A stretch of DNA of 32,000 nucleotides from Zymomonas mobilis subsp. mobilis ATCC 10988. GTDB lineage: Bacteria; Pseudomonadota; Alphaproteobacteria; Sphingomonadales; Sphingomonadaceae. The position numbers were made by a program, and so were the translations under genes. The notes beneath the pieces are model-generated. The model searched no databases, was not told the origin of the DNA, and saw nothing but the letters and a program-made list of their open reading frames with translations. The stretch covers positions 570,001 through 602,000 of the forward strand of contig NC_017262.1 in assembly GCF_000175255.2 (NCBI RefSeq), read 5' to 3'. This document shows, piece after piece, positions 18,184 to 28,529 of this stretch (position 1 is its first letter; every line of letters begins with the position of its first letter).

Positions 18184-19770
18184 TTATACTTCGCGCGCGA
18201 TGATATCAGCGATACGGATCGCCAAAGCGACCCCTGTCAAAGTCGGATTCACGACGCCCGCCGCCGGAATGACACCCGTCGTTGCCAAAAACAAATTGTG
18301 ATGGTCAAAGCTACGACATTCGCCATTCACGACTGAATCTGCGGGATTTTTACCCATAATGACAGATCCCATAATATGGTCATGATTCTGCCATTCGCTG
18401 ACTTCATTGACGATGCTGCCATTCATGCCCGCCGCAATCCGACGGTAGTCACGCATAATAATATCCTTAGCCGCTTCGGTATAAGCCGGAACATCATAAT
18501 GGACAGATAAAGTCGGTAAGCCCAAAGCATCTCTTTTGGTCGGATGAGGAATAACGCGGTTGCTCGGCATAGGCAGGGTTTCAAGCATAGAAGAAATATC
18601 GACCCAACGCGCCGCATCGTGGCGGATGCGCTCATCTAATTCTTTTCCGAAAATTCCCTGCGCAATCAACCGCTCAGTAACCGCCATATTGGGAACGGCA
18701 TTTCCGATATTATGCTTGGAAGCCGCATAGCGGCGACGATGGTTACCATCACGCATATTGACGATACAGGCTTCTTCAACCGTGCCACGCCCTGCCCATA
18801 AAGGCTCATCGGCTAAAAACTGTATCGCCAGACCATTATGATCCATAATATTCCGACCAACCTGATCGGAAGAATTGGCAACATCGGACATCAATAATAA
18901 TTTCGGCGTTTCAAAACCATGGGCGGCGACAATAAAATAGCGCGCTGTCAGCTTTTTATCCTCGCCCTTAGTTGTCCGATAATGCACAGCCTCGATTTTA
19001 TTCCCGCTTCCTTTTTCCAGCTTGAAAGCGGTGGCCTCGGTCAACAGCTTAGCCCCCGCCTTTACGGAATGACGGGCATGAACATCACCGCTATACATCG
19101 ACCCAATCGGACAAACCGGCATACAGTTGTTATTGCCGGAACAGGCTGGACGACCATCATAAGGCTGATTGGTCGGTCGCGCGGAAGGTTCCTGCACGAA
19201 ACGATAGCCTAATTTCTCTAAACGGTCATTCATCCGACTGGTCATGTAGTTGATACCATCAGACGGCATCGGGTATTCTTTTGAACGCGGCGGAAAATGC
19301 TTTCTCCCCTGCCCGCTTTGATCTTCATCTGATCGCCCTGATACGCCTAAGGCTTCTTCGGCTCTGCAATAATAAGGCTCCAAATCATCATAGGAAATCG
19401 GCCAATCCCGTCCGACACCATAAAGGCTTTTCAACTTCATATCACTGGGCAGATAACGCCATGCACAGGCTGCCCAATGCCATGTTGTGCCACCAACCAG
19501 TTTCAACATTCCGGGAAGATAGGCAAAGGAGCCCGTATTCTCGATATAATCCTTGGCAAAAGAGGTCGGAGCCGTGGCCGCATTGGGATAAGGATCGTTG
19601 TAGTTATTTTTTCGGGGTGATGTCCGAAAATTTTCAGTAATTTTCCAGCGGGGAATGGATTTTCCGGCTTCCAGAATAATAACAGATTTACCCTGCTTGG
19701 CTAATTCATACGCCGCATTATTACCTAGCGCGCCTGAACCGATTACAATGACATCGGCATCATATTCCAT
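18184..19770 (-). CDS. GMC-family FAD-dependent oxidoreductase (gluconate 2-dehydrogenase flavoprotein-like)
   Basis: 528 aa with N-terminal VIVIGSGALGNNAAYELAKQGKSVIILEAG, VGGTTWHWAACAWRYLPSD and C-terminal NPTLTGVALAIRIADIIAREV. Sits between the other two subunits of the complex. Confidence 0.93.
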   Translation of the reverse strand: MEYDADVIVIGSGALGNNAAYELAKQGKSVIILEAGKSIPRWKITENFRTSPRKNNYNDPYPNAATAPTSFAKDYIENTGSFAYLPGMLKLVGGTTWHWAACAWRYLPSDMKLKSLYGVGRDWPISYDDLEPYYCRAEEALGVSGRSDEDQSGQGRKHFPPRSKEYPMPSDGINYMTSRMNDRLEKLGYRFVQEPSARPTNQPYDGRPACSGNNNCMPVCPIGSMYSGDVHARHSVKAGAKLLTEATAFKLEKGSGNKIEAVHYRTTKGEDKKLTARYFIVAAHGFETPKLLLMSDVANSSDQVGRNIMDHNGLAIQFLADEPLWAGRGTVEEACIVNMRDGNHRRRYAASKHNIGNAVPNMAVTERLIAQGIFGKELDERIRHDAARWVDISSMLETLPMPSNRVIPHPTKRDALGLPTLSVHYDVPAYTEAAKDIIMRDYRRIAAGMNGSIVNEVSEWQNHDHIMGSVIMGKNPADSVVNGECRSFDHHNLFLATTGVIPAAGVVNPTLTGVALAIRIADIIAREV

Positions 19771-19827
19771 GGGAGGCTCTTTTCTTTCGGATAAGAGGAA
19801 TGGATCGTGTCGAAAGGGATAACAACC

Positions 19828-20388
19828 CTAATCCTGTTTGATAGTGGCAGGCGGATTAACCCAATAGCTAGGTGCGCCACGGGCATAGCTGGGAATAACC
19901 GTGGCATCCATGGTCGGGCGATACATCAAAGCCCCGCTATAGGTAATAAAACGGGCATTATCTTCCATCGCATGACTGGCCGGTTCTCCGGCATAACCAA
20001 GATACCAAGCCGAAACGATCGTCTTGGCGGTCGCCATCAAAGCATCATCTTGCCCTATCGGAGATGTCCGCAACAAAGAAGAATCCGTTAATTTTTCAAC
20101 AGCCAAGGCTTGCTGTAAATTCTGTAATTTTTCAGGAAAATGAGCATCCACCGCGATCAAAGCTGTCAGCGCGCGATTGGACAAAGCGCGATCAAGATCA
20201 TGATGCCCTGTCAGGAAAGTCGAAATCTGAAAAAATTGATCCTGAAGCCGATCATTTTCATTTTTATCTTCAGCCAGCAAAGGTGCCGTTCCCGCAGCAA
20301 CAGCACTTCCGGCAGAAAGCCCTGCGATTTTCAAAAATTCCCGTCGGGGAGACGGCTTTTTGTCAGACGGCTTTGGATGTTCCGGCAT
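19828..20388 (-). CDS. Gluconate 2-dehydrogenase subunit 3 family protein (TAT-exported small subunit)
   Basis: 186 aa with twin-arginine signal SPRREFLKIAGLSAGSAVAAGTAPLLA; operon position and size match subunit 3. Confidence 0.88.
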   Translation of the reverse strand: MPEHPKPSDKKPSPRREFLKIAGLSAGSAVAAGTAPLLAEDKNENDRLQDQFFQISTFLTGHHDLDRALSNRALTALIAVDAHFPEKLQNLQQALAVEKLTDSSLLRTSPIGQDDALMATAKTIVSAWYLGYAGEPASHAMEDNARFITYSGALMYRPTMDATVIPSYARGAPSYWVNPPATIKQD

Positions 20389-20592
20389 AGATTTCCCGAT
20401 ATAACAAGCAGTGAAAAAAGGTTAAATAATCTGGATATCATTACTTTTTAATAAAGAAACGGTTCCGTTGATATAGTAAAATCCTATCATGTTCATAATG
20501 AACCGAACCCAAATATCGGGATTATATACTATCTATCTAAAAAGGATGGATAAAATGACCTTTTTAAAATCATCATATCCATCGAAATAGTC

Positions 20593-21132
20593 TTAAAACA
20601 TCGCAAAGGAATCGATAGCGCCTTGCAAGATATAGGCAGCGGCCATTTTATCGACGACTTCACTTCTTCTGGCACGACTGGCATCGGCTTCCAACAAGGT
20701 GCGCGTGACCGCTTTGGTTGACCAACGCTCATCCCACATCAAAACCGGCAAAGATAAAGGCGCAACATTTTTAGCAAAGGCACGCACCGATTGGGTTCTT
20801 GGACTATCGCTGCCATCCAGATTTAAAGGCAGACCGATAACCAACCCTTTTACCTGTTGTTTTTCAACAAATTGCCGCAGTAATTCCAAATCCAGCGTAA
20901 ATTTCTTCCGTCTGATCGTCTCTGCCGGACTAGCAATAATCCACTGGCTATCGCAAAGGGCAAGACCGATGGTTTTTGTCCCGACATCCAAACCCGCCAA
21001 ACGCCCTTTTCGCGGCAAAGCCTCCTGAAACAGACGAAGCTCTTCCTGTTTTTTCAGGATATTTTCTTCTCTTTTCTCGTCCAATCGGTTCAGACGAAAA
21101 GATTCAAATTCATTGTCATCATCATAGGGCAT
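20593..21132 (-). CDS. ruvX: RuvX/YqgF-type putative Holliday junction resolvase
   Basis: [66 protein letters not shown] and [14 protein letters not shown]. The true start may be internal, since the N-terminal ~38 aa are extra. Confidence 0.93.
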   Translation of the reverse strand: MPYDDDNEFESFRLNRLDEKREENILKKQEELRLFQEALPRKGRLAGLDVGTKTIGLALCDSQWIIASPAETIRRKKFTLDLELLRQFVEKQQVKGLVIGLPLNLDGSDSPRTQSVRAFAKNVAPLSLPVLMWDERWSTKAVTRTLLEADASRARRSEVVDKMAAAYILQGAIDSFAMF

Positions 21133-21365
21133 TCTGTTTCCTTCGTATTATTCTAATCAGGCTCAAAAACGACTTATAATCTATAGGAAGATAAAACCTA
21201 TCCAATCGGTCATTGCCTGCCGCTATAGAAAATTTTTCAAAAAGGAAGAACGCCCTTACAAGAAAAGCGCCTTTTTAAAATTCTTTTTACCGGAAAAAGG
21301 CCTGTTTTCTTATTTGATCCTGTTCTGCTCTTGAAGCAAATCTTTGCCAGTGCTAGCGCAAAGAT

Positions 21366-21656
21366 ATGTCCGTCATAAATGCCAGTATTGTTCGCAAAAT
21401 AGCGAAACTCGCCAGCATCGCCGTAACAGAGGAAGAGGTTACCGCGATGGTTCCTGAACTCAACGCCATATTGGGGTGGGGAGAGCAGTTATCTGCCATC
21501 AATACGGATGGTGTAGAACCGCTCACCTCGGTTATTGCCCAATCCCAGCGCCTAAGGGAAGACGAAGTCACCGTTCCCGATATCCGTGATGCCCTGATGG
21601 CCAATGCGCCCGAAGCAGAGCATGGCTTTTTCACTGTGCCAAAGGTGATCGAATAA
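21366..21656 (+). CDS. gatC: Asp-tRNA(Asn)/Glu-tRNA(Gln) amidotransferase subunit C
   Basis: 96 aa with [34 protein letters not shown] and LREDEVT. Its stop overlaps the gatA ATG. Confidence 0.95.
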   Translation: MSVINASIVRKIAKLASIAVTEEEVTAMVPELNAILGWGEQLSAINTDGVEPLTSVIAQSQRLREDEVTVPDIRDALMANAPEAEHGFFTVPKVIE

Positions 21657-23134
21657 TGACCCGTCTTACAGATCTTGGTGTTACAGATTTACGCGATGGT
21701 ATCGCAAAAGGTGACTTTTCAGCGAAAGAAGTCGCTGAAAGCTTTCTGACTGCCACCAATGAAGCTGAAAAGCTGAATGCTTTTATCACGCTCACCCCTG
21801 ACCATGCTTTAAAACAGGCTGAAAAGGCTGACAAAGACCGCGCCTCCGGCCAGTTAAAACCGTTATCCGGTGTGCCGCTCGGTATCAAAGACCTGTTTTG
21901 CACCAACGGCTATCGCACCACTGCGGCCAGCAAAATTATCGACAATTTTGTGCCGCCTTATGAATCCACGATTACTGAAAAGTTATTCTCGGCAGGTGCT
22001 GGCATGGTCGGCAAACTGAATCTTGACCAGTTTGCTATGGGGTCTTCCAATGAGACCAGCGCCTTCGGGAATGTCATTTCTCCTTGGCGGCAAAAGGGCG
22101 ATGACACGGCCTTAACGCCGGGCGGTTCTTCCGGTGGTTCGGCAGCAGCCGTCGCCGCTAAACTCGTTCCGGCCGCCACCGGTACCGATACCGGCGGCTC
22201 CATCCGTCAGCCCGCTTCTTTCACCGGCATCACGGGCTTAAAGCCGACCTATGGCCGTTGCTCCCGTTACGGGGTTATCGCCTTTGCCTCCTCGCTCGAT
22301 CAGGCAGGTCCCATGGCTCATTCTGTCAAGGATTGCGCCGCTTTACTCGAAGTCATGGCGGGTTTCGATCCCAAAGATTCCACTTCTGTCGATGTGATGG
22401 TGCCGAATTGGGAAAAACTGCTTTCCTCTGACATTCGCGGCAAAAAAATCGGTATTCCAAAAGAATATCGCGTGGATGGCATGGCGCCCGAAATCGAAAG
22501 TTTATGGCAGCGTGGCATCGACATGATGAAGGATGCGGGTGCCGAAATTATTGATGTAAGCCTGCCCCATACGCAACATGCTTTGGCGGCTTATTATATC
22601 ATTGCTCCGGCGGAAGCCTCCTCTAACCTCGCCCGTTACGACGGTGTTCGCTATGGTGAACGCAAAACGCCGGAAGGTGGCAATCTCGCGGATATGTATG
22701 CCGCGACCAGAGCGGCTGGTTTCGGTGACGAAGTCAAACGCCGGATTATGATCGGTACCTATGTGCTGTCTGCCGGTTTCTATGATGCCTATTATATCAA
22801 GGCACAGAAAATCCGTGCTTTAATTGCCCGCGATTTTGAAGCCGCTTTTGACAAATGCGATATTCTGCTGACTCCTGCAACGCCAACAGCTGCCTTTGCC
22901 CTTGGTCAAAAGCAAGAAGATCCCATCGCGATGTATCTGAACGATGTCTTCACAGTTCCGGCTTCTTTGGCGGGTCTCCCTGCAATGACGGTGCCGGTTG
23001 GCCTTAATGAACAGGGTCTGCCGCTTGGTTTGCAGTTGATCGGCAAGCCTTTGGATGAACAGAGCGTGTTAAATGCTGGCCTTGCTCTCGAAGAGCGCGC
23101 CGGATTTACCAGCCAGCCAAAGAAATGGTGGTAA
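21656..23134 (+). CDS. gatA: Asp-tRNA(Asn)/Glu-tRNA(Gln) amidotransferase subunit A
   Basis: Amidase signature [51 protein letters not shown]. Confidence 0.98.
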   Translation: MTRLTDLGVTDLRDGIAKGDFSAKEVAESFLTATNEAEKLNAFITLTPDHALKQAEKADKDRASGQLKPLSGVPLGIKDLFCTNGYRTTAASKIIDNFVPPYESTITEKLFSAGAGMVGKLNLDQFAMGSSNETSAFGNVISPWRQKGDDTALTPGGSSGGSAAAVAAKLVPAATGTDTGGSIRQPASFTGITGLKPTYGRCSRYGVIAFASSLDQAGPMAHSVKDCAALLEVMAGFDPKDSTSVDVMVPNWEKLLSSDIRGKKIGIPKEYRVDGMAPEIESLWQRGIDMMKDAGAEIIDVSLPHTQHALAAYYIIAPAEASSNLARYDGVRYGERKTPEGGNLADMYAATRAAGFGDEVKRRIMIGTYVLSAGFYDAYYIKAQKIRALIARDFEAAFDKCDILLTPATPTAAFALGQKQEDPIAMYLNDVFTVPASLAGLPAMTVPVGLNEQGLPLGLQLIGKPLDEQSVLNAGLALEERAGFTSQPKKWW

Positions 23135-23135
23135 A

Positions 23136-24608
23136 ATGGAAAAATATATCCTTGAAGGTGCAACCGGCAGTTGGGAAATTGTCGTAGGGCTCGAAGTCCA
23201 CGCACAGGTTATTTCAAAATCCAAACTTTTTTCCGGTGCCGCTACCGCGTTCGGTGCAGAACCGAATTCACAGGTTTCTTTGATTGATGCCGCTATGCCG
23301 GGGATGCTTCCGGTGGTAAACCGTGAATGTATCCGTCAGGCTGTCCGCACGGGTCTAGCCATTGGTGCCGTTATCAACCGCGTGTCAAAATTCGACCGTA
23401 AAAACTATTTTTACGCCGATTTGCCACAAGGTTACCAGATTTCACAGCTTTATCACCCGATTGTGGGCGAAGGCAGCCTTCTCATCGATGTCGATGGTGA
23501 AGAACGCGAAATCGGCATTGAACGCATCCATGTTGAACAGGATGCCGGTAAATTGATGCATGACCAGCATCCCGATAAATCCTATGTCGATTTAAATCGG
23601 GCTGGTATTGCCTTGATGGAAATCGTTTCAAAACCGGATATCCGCTCTCCGGCCGAAGCCGGTGCCTATATCCGTAAATTGCGGGCAATCCTGCGTTATG
23701 TCGGTTCCTGTGATGGTAACATGGAAGAAGGCTCGATGCGGGCTGATGTCAATGTTTCCGTTCGGAAAGCCGGTGAGCCCTTTGGCACGCGCTGCGAAAT
23801 CAAAAATGTGAACTCGGTTCGCTTTGTGCAGGCTGCTATTGAATATGAAGCCCGCCGCCAGATTGAAGTCATCGAAGACGGTGGCGAAATCATACAGGAA
23901 ACCCGCCTGTTCGATCATGACAAGGGCGAAACGCGGTCATTGCGCTCAAAAGAAGACGCACATGATTATCGTTATTTTCCAGATCCTGATCTTCTGCCTT
24001 TGGAATTGCCGGAAAGCTTTATTGACGAATGTCGCGAAAGCCTGCCAGAATTACCGGATACCAAACGCCAGCGTTATATTACTCAGCTTAATTTAACGCC
24101 TTATACGGCTTCGGTTATCACGGCCGATCATGAAACCGCCGCATGGTTTGAAGCCATGCTGGAATATTTCAAAGCACCCGATGCCAAAATCGCCACGGCT
24201 GCCGCTAACTGGCTGACGTCTGATTTGTTCGGTGCCTTGAAAAAATTGGGACGTGATATCACGGATAGTCCGGTTTCTCCGAAACAGGGGGCTGAATTGG
24301 TGGGTCTTGTTGCTGATGGCACTTTGTCAGGCAGCCTCGCCAAACAGGTCTTTGAAATCATGCTGGAAAGCGGACAGGATCCAGCGGTTATTGTCGAAGA
24401 ACGCGGGCTGAAACAAACCAGCGATACCGGCGCTATCGAAGAGGTTATCAACAAAATTCTTGCTGATAATCAGGATAAGGTCGAACAATATCGCAGCGGT
24501 AAAGATAAACTTTTCGGCTTCTTCGTCGGTCAGACCATGCGGGCAATGGGCGGTAAAGCCAATCCTGCGGTCGTCAACGAAATCCTGAAAAAGCTGTTAT
24601 CAGCCTAA
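23136..24608 (+). CDS. gatB: Asp-tRNA(Asn)/Glu-tRNA(Gln) amidotransferase subunit B
   Basis: [51 protein letters not shown]. The start is taken at 23136 ([11 protein letters not shown]), 1 bp after the gatA stop, rather than the track start at 23073. Confidence 0.97.
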   Translation: MEKYILEGATGSWEIVVGLEVHAQVISKSKLFSGAATAFGAEPNSQVSLIDAAMPGMLPVVNRECIRQAVRTGLAIGAVINRVSKFDRKNYFYADLPQGYQISQLYHPIVGEGSLLIDVDGEEREIGIERIHVEQDAGKLMHDQHPDKSYVDLNRAGIALMEIVSKPDIRSPAEAGAYIRKLRAILRYVGSCDGNMEEGSMRADVNVSVRKAGEPFGTRCEIKNVNSVRFVQAAIEYEARRQIEVIEDGGEIIQETRLFDHDKGETRSLRSKEDAHDYRYFPDPDLLPLELPESFIDECRESLPELPDTKRQRYITQLNLTPYTASVITADHETAAWFEAMLEYFKAPDAKIATAAANWLTSDLFGALKKLGRDITDSPVSPKQGAELVGLVADGTLSGSLAKQVFEIMLESGQDPAVIVEERGLKQTSDTGAIEEVINKILADNQDKVEQYRSGKDKLFGFFVGQTMRAMGGKANPAVVNEILKKLLSA

Positions 24609-24628
24609 TCGGTATCTCTCTCTTTCTA

Positions 24629-24663
24629 ACAAAAAGGCCACCGAAATTCGGTGGCCTTTTTTT
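24629..24663. terminator. Bidirectional terminator between convergent gatB and the LysR-family gene
   Basis: AAAAAGGCCACCGAAATTCGGTGGCCTTTTTTTTT: long GC-rich stem, tiny loop, and T tracts in both directions. Confidence 0.93.
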
Positions 24664-24683
24664 ATAGTTTTTACCGCTTCATT

Positions 24684-25640
24684 TTAACTTAATGGGTCTA
24701 ACATAAAGTCATGCGATCCGGTTTCATTCACCAAAAAATGGGCATGTTCCTGTAAATAGTCGATCAAGACTTTTACTTTTCGGGAAATCCTTGGCTTTGC
24801 CGGATAATAGAGAACCAAGCCCGATGTCGGCGGACTCCAATCAGCCAACATTCGCACCAAACGCCCGTCCTCAATAAAGCGCTCGACATAGCCATTGACA
24901 GTATAGATAACCCCTAACCCATCCAAGGCGGCCTGAACCATAACCGCAAGGTCACCTAAAACCAGACGACCATCAATATTGATCATCAGATTTTCGTTTT
25001 TATTGGTGAAATTCCACCGCTGGATAATTTCACCGGATGTCCGGCGGAATTTAATACATTCATGCCCCAGCAAATCTCTGGGATGTCGGGCAATGCCCCG
25101 CTTGGCAACATATTCAGGGGATGCGACAACATACCACCGCATCGAAGGGCCGATATTGACGCTCGTTACATCTTTTTCAACAAAACCGCCAAAACGAATA
25201 CCGGCATCAAATCCATGACTGGAAAGATCAACCATCGTATTATCAATGGCGATTTCCATTTTCATTTCAGGATAGGCTTCAAGAAAATCCCGCAACAAAG
25301 GTCGCAAAGCTAACAGATAGCCGGAACGGGGCATAATAAGCCGCAATAAACCGGATGGGGGGCCGCTATCATCACCGACATCGGTCGAAGCACTAATCAA
25401 TTCATCAACAGCAGGCTGTACCCGCGCCAAAAAACGTGCCCCTGCATCGGTCAAATTAACACTTCTTGTTGTCCGGTGGAACAACATCACGCCCAGCCGC
25501 TGTTCTAAAGCGCGGATTGATTGGCTGACAGCAGAAGGAGAAACACCTAGTCTTTGTGCCGCAGAAGAAAAATTCGCCAGTCTGGCTACACAGACAAAAG
25601 CGACCAGACCATCAAGCTGATTTTGTCGCATAAAAGTCAA
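24684..25640 (-). CDS. LysR-family transcriptional regulator
   Basis: N-terminal HTH LDGLVAFVCVARLANFSSAAQRLGVSPSAVSQSIRALEQRLGVMLFHRTTRSVNLTDAG. Confidence 0.95.
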   Translation of the reverse strand: MTFMRQNQLDGLVAFVCVARLANFSSAAQRLGVSPSAVSQSIRALEQRLGVMLFHRTTRSVNLTDAGARFLARVQPAVDELISASTDVGDDSGPPSGLLRLIMPRSGYLLALRPLLRDFLEAYPEMKMEIAIDNTMVDLSSHGFDAGIRFGGFVEKDVTSVNIGPSMRWYVVASPEYVAKRGIARHPRDLLGHECIKFRRTSGEIIQRWNFTNKNENLMINIDGRLVLGDLAVMVQAALDGLGVIYTVNGYVERFIEDGRLVRMLADWSPPTSGLVLYYPAKPRISRKVKVLIDYLQEHAHFLVNETGSHDFMLDPLS

Positions 25641-25819
25641 ACGCGCCTATTCCTAATTTAAAATATTGCCTTTTATAGCAACAACCAAGCTTCGCTAAAA
25701 AAGCTTATCTATTGAAAGACTGCACAACAATCTGAAAATAAATCCAGATCAGTCATATCAAACTATTTTAGCCATAACGATATAACTTTAACCTCACATA
25801 ACATTTACAGGGCTAAAGT

Positions 25820-27310
25820 CTAGGAAGCTTTCCATCCTCCCCCAAAAGCGCGGATCAATCCAACCCCTGCTTGCAAACGCTGCGTCTGAATAATCAAGGC
25901 CTGACGACGGTTTTGTAATTCCGCGGTCTGGGCAATAACGACTTCCAGATAATTGGCTGCCCCTTCCTTGTAACGGATGGTTGCAAGGTTATTGGCACGC
26001 TTTGCGGCGGTAACGGCGAATTCCTGATCGGCATGGGCATTGGCTAACCAATTTGCTAAGGCCATCTGATCTTCAACCTCCTGAAAGGCTTTTAAGACCG
26101 TATCCCGATAACTGGCTGCGGTGGCATCGAAATCAGCTCTTGCCTCTTTCACTCTGGCACGTCGCCGCCCGCCTTGGAATAAAGGCAAAACACCCATAGC
26201 AGGGCCCAAAGCCCAAAATCCTGATGGCGCGGATAAAAGGCTAGAGGCGGCTGAATCTGACCCACCATTTGCCGAAAGCGAAATTGTCGGGAAAAAAGCC
26301 GCAATCGCGGAACCGATCGCGGCATTGGCCGCCGCCATTTGCCGTTCAGCCGAGGCAATATCAGGCCGTCTTTCCAAAAGCTGTGAAGGTGCCGAAACTG
26401 GAATAACCGGCGGGGTATTGATCATATCCACCGGTTCGATAGAGAAATTACTGGGCTGCTCACCGATCAGAACAGCAATCGCATGTTCTAACAAAGCGCG
26501 ATGTGCCATCACCTGCGACAATTCAGACCGCGTAGCAGAAAGCTGCATTCTGGCGCGCTCGACATCGACACCGGAAACCGCCCCACCATCGTGGCGTGCC
26601 ACGGTTAATTGTAAGGCTCGCATATAGGCAGCGACAGTTTCACGATATAAAGCGGCCTGCGCATCCAAACCGCGAAGCTGCATATAGTTATCGGCTAACT
26701 CGGCCTGTAAACTTAACCGAATAGATCCCATATCCGCAGCACTGGCTTCGGCCATTGCCTTACCAGCTTTGACCATATTGCGGATACGCCCCCAAATATC
26801 GGCTTCATAACTGATACCGCCCCCAGCAATAGAAGGGCTATAAATATAAGGGCTATAGGTGCTTCCCGGATTTCGAAAGACACGCTGGCGGCTGATGCTG
26901 CTATTGACACTGATAGAAGGGAACAGCCCGGAACGGACTTCTTTTACATAGGCCTGCGACCGCTGATACCGCGCCAAGGCCTCGGCCAATTGCGGACTAT
27001 TCTTTTCAATCCGGTCTTCCAGATCATTCAGATGCGTATCATCAAAAATCTTCCACCAAGCCCCGCGCGGTGCTTCATCGGCAGGCTGTGCCGAAGTCCA
27101 AGCTCCCCCTTCTTTATAGGCAACCGGCATGTCCTTGATGTCTTTGGCCGTCGGCTTGTGATAATCTGGTGCAAAAGAGCATCCTGAAACCAAACCGCCC
27201 CAAATTACAGTCGTCATCAAGGCGATGATTGAAATTTTTTTCCGAATGTCGCCTTTTACCGTCCTATTTTGAAAAGACGGTAAAAGCAGGAAATTATTCT
27301 TATTTTCCAT
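25820..27310 (-). CDS. RND efflux outer-membrane lipoprotein, NodT/OprM family
   Basis: Lipobox-like GGLVSGCSFAPDYHKPTAKD; SQLLERRPDIASAERQMAAANAAIGSAIAAFFPTISLSA. The start could be 27322 or 27310. Confidence 0.93.
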   Translation of the reverse strand: MENKNNFLLLPSFQNRTVKGDIRKKISIIALMTTVIWGGLVSGCSFAPDYHKPTAKDIKDMPVAYKEGGAWTSAQPADEAPRGAWWKIFDDTHLNDLEDRIEKNSPQLAEALARYQRSQAYVKEVRSGLFPSISVNSSISRQRVFRNPGSTYSPYIYSPSIAGGGISYEADIWGRIRNMVKAGKAMAEASAADMGSIRLSLQAELADNYMQLRGLDAQAALYRETVAAYMRALQLTVARHDGGAVSGVDVERARMQLSATRSELSQVMAHRALLEHAIAVLIGEQPSNFSIEPVDMINTPPVIPVSAPSQLLERRPDIASAERQMAAANAAIGSAIAAFFPTISLSANGGSDSAASSLLSAPSGFWALGPAMGVLPLFQGGRRRARVKEARADFDATAASYRDTVLKAFQEVEDQMALANWLANAHADQEFAVTAAKRANNLATIRYKEGAANYLEVVIAQTAELQNRRQALIIQTQRLQAGVGLIRAFGGGWKAS

Positions 27311-28529
27311 GGGCAGCCCCATCAGCTTTGGCTTGCTTCACATCGGGACTAACCAAATCATTTTCGGCGATATCATCGGCTGGCGCATCAATCACGCGAT
27401 CACTACGGGAAATACCGCCCGCAATTTCAATCTGCTTACCCAGATCACGCGTAATCTTGATAATATGCAAATGAGCATGATTGTCTTTGTCGATGGTCGC
27501 AACCGTCATACCCTGCTGCCGGAAGAGAACCGCGCTCGCCGGAATTCGGACAATATTAGACGGTGTCGGCAGCGTAAATTCTACTTGGGCATAGGAACCG
27601 GGTTTCAAAGCATGGTCGGCATTTTCAGCCGCCATCTGAACCAACATCGTGCCACTGGCGGGCGTCACAGCATGGTTGGTTTCAACGAAAGTCGAATGAA
27701 AAACACGATCGGGATATTCAGGAAGATGTAAAGCCGCCGTAATACCGGGTTTAATCTCGGCTGCATAGGCCTGCGGCACATTCACATAAACGCGCATTTT
27801 ATGAATATCGGAAACTGTAAATAACGGCTGCTGGGTATTATTGGTATTGGACGCACCGCCAATAATCAAAGCCCCGATATCCGTAGAACGGCCAGTCACA
27901 ATCCCATCAAAAGGTGCCAATAACTGTTTAAAGCCAATTAAAGCCCGCAATCTATCGACTTCTGCCGCTGCCTCATGCTCCATCGCTAAACGGGCGGCAT
28001 AGTTGGCCTTCTTTTCATCCGCTTCCTGCTGCGAAACAGCATCTTCAGCGATCAGCTTTTGCCAACGGTCAGAAGTCGTCTGTGCCAAAGCCCTCTGTGC
28101 TGCCGCTGTTGCAAGGCTAGCCTTGGCGGCGGCATATTGCTGATCAAGGTCAGGGGCATCAATCAAACCCAAAATCTGACCAGCTTTCACGGGGGTACCG
28201 ATATCCGTATACCATGCTTTCAGATAGCCGCTGGTTCGAGCATAGACAGGCGCTTGATACCACGCATTGACCCGCCCTGGTAAAGTCAGGGTAGTCGTTC
28301 CAGGTGCTTCAGTCGGAGAAATAATCGAAACACTGGGGACAGATTCACTTTCTGTCCATTTCTTTACCGCATGTTCATTCTGATAACGGCTGTAAATACC
28401 GTAACCCGCAACACCGGCCAGCAGACATACCGCAAGAATCCCGATTTTTTTTAACCGACGACTTTCCTGTTTTTCGTGGTTTTGATGTTGGGTCTTTGCG
28501 TCCTGCATATCAGGCATAGACTTCTCCAT
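27300..28529 (-). CDS. RND efflux periplasmic adaptor (membrane fusion protein, HlyD/AcrA-like)
   Basis: GRVNAWYQAPVYARTSGYLKAWYTDIGTPVKAGQILGLIDAPDLDQQ, LRALIGFKQLLAPFDGIVTGRSTDIGALI. Track start is 28538; several in-frame Met codons are possible (28538, 28529, 28517, 28508). Confidence 0.94.
   Translation of the reverse strand: MEKSMPDMQDAKTQHQNHEKQESRRLKKIGILAVCLLAGVAGYGIYSRYQNEHAVKKWTESESVPSVSIISPTEAPGTTTLTLPGRVNAWYQAPVYARTSGYLKAWYTDIGTPVKAGQILGLIDAPDLDQQYAAAKASLATAAAQRALAQTTSDRWQKLIAEDAVSQQEADEKKANYAARLAMEHEAAAEVDRLRALIGFKQLLAPFDGIVTGRSTDIGALIIGGASNTNNTQQPLFTVSDIHKMRVYVNVPQAYAAEIKPGITAALHLPEYPDRVFHSTFVETNHAVTPASGTMLVQMAAENADHALKPGSYAQVEFTLPTPSNIVRIPASAVLFRQQGMTVATIDKDNHAHLHIIKITRDLGKQIEIAGGISRSDRVIDAPADDIAENDLVSPDVKQAKADGAAHGK

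Noticed and set aside
26121-26627. 168-aa plus-strand ORF opposite the outer-membrane efflux gene
   Set aside because: Antisense shadow of a confident NodT-family gene, low-complexity Ala/Ser-rich translation, no supporting motif.
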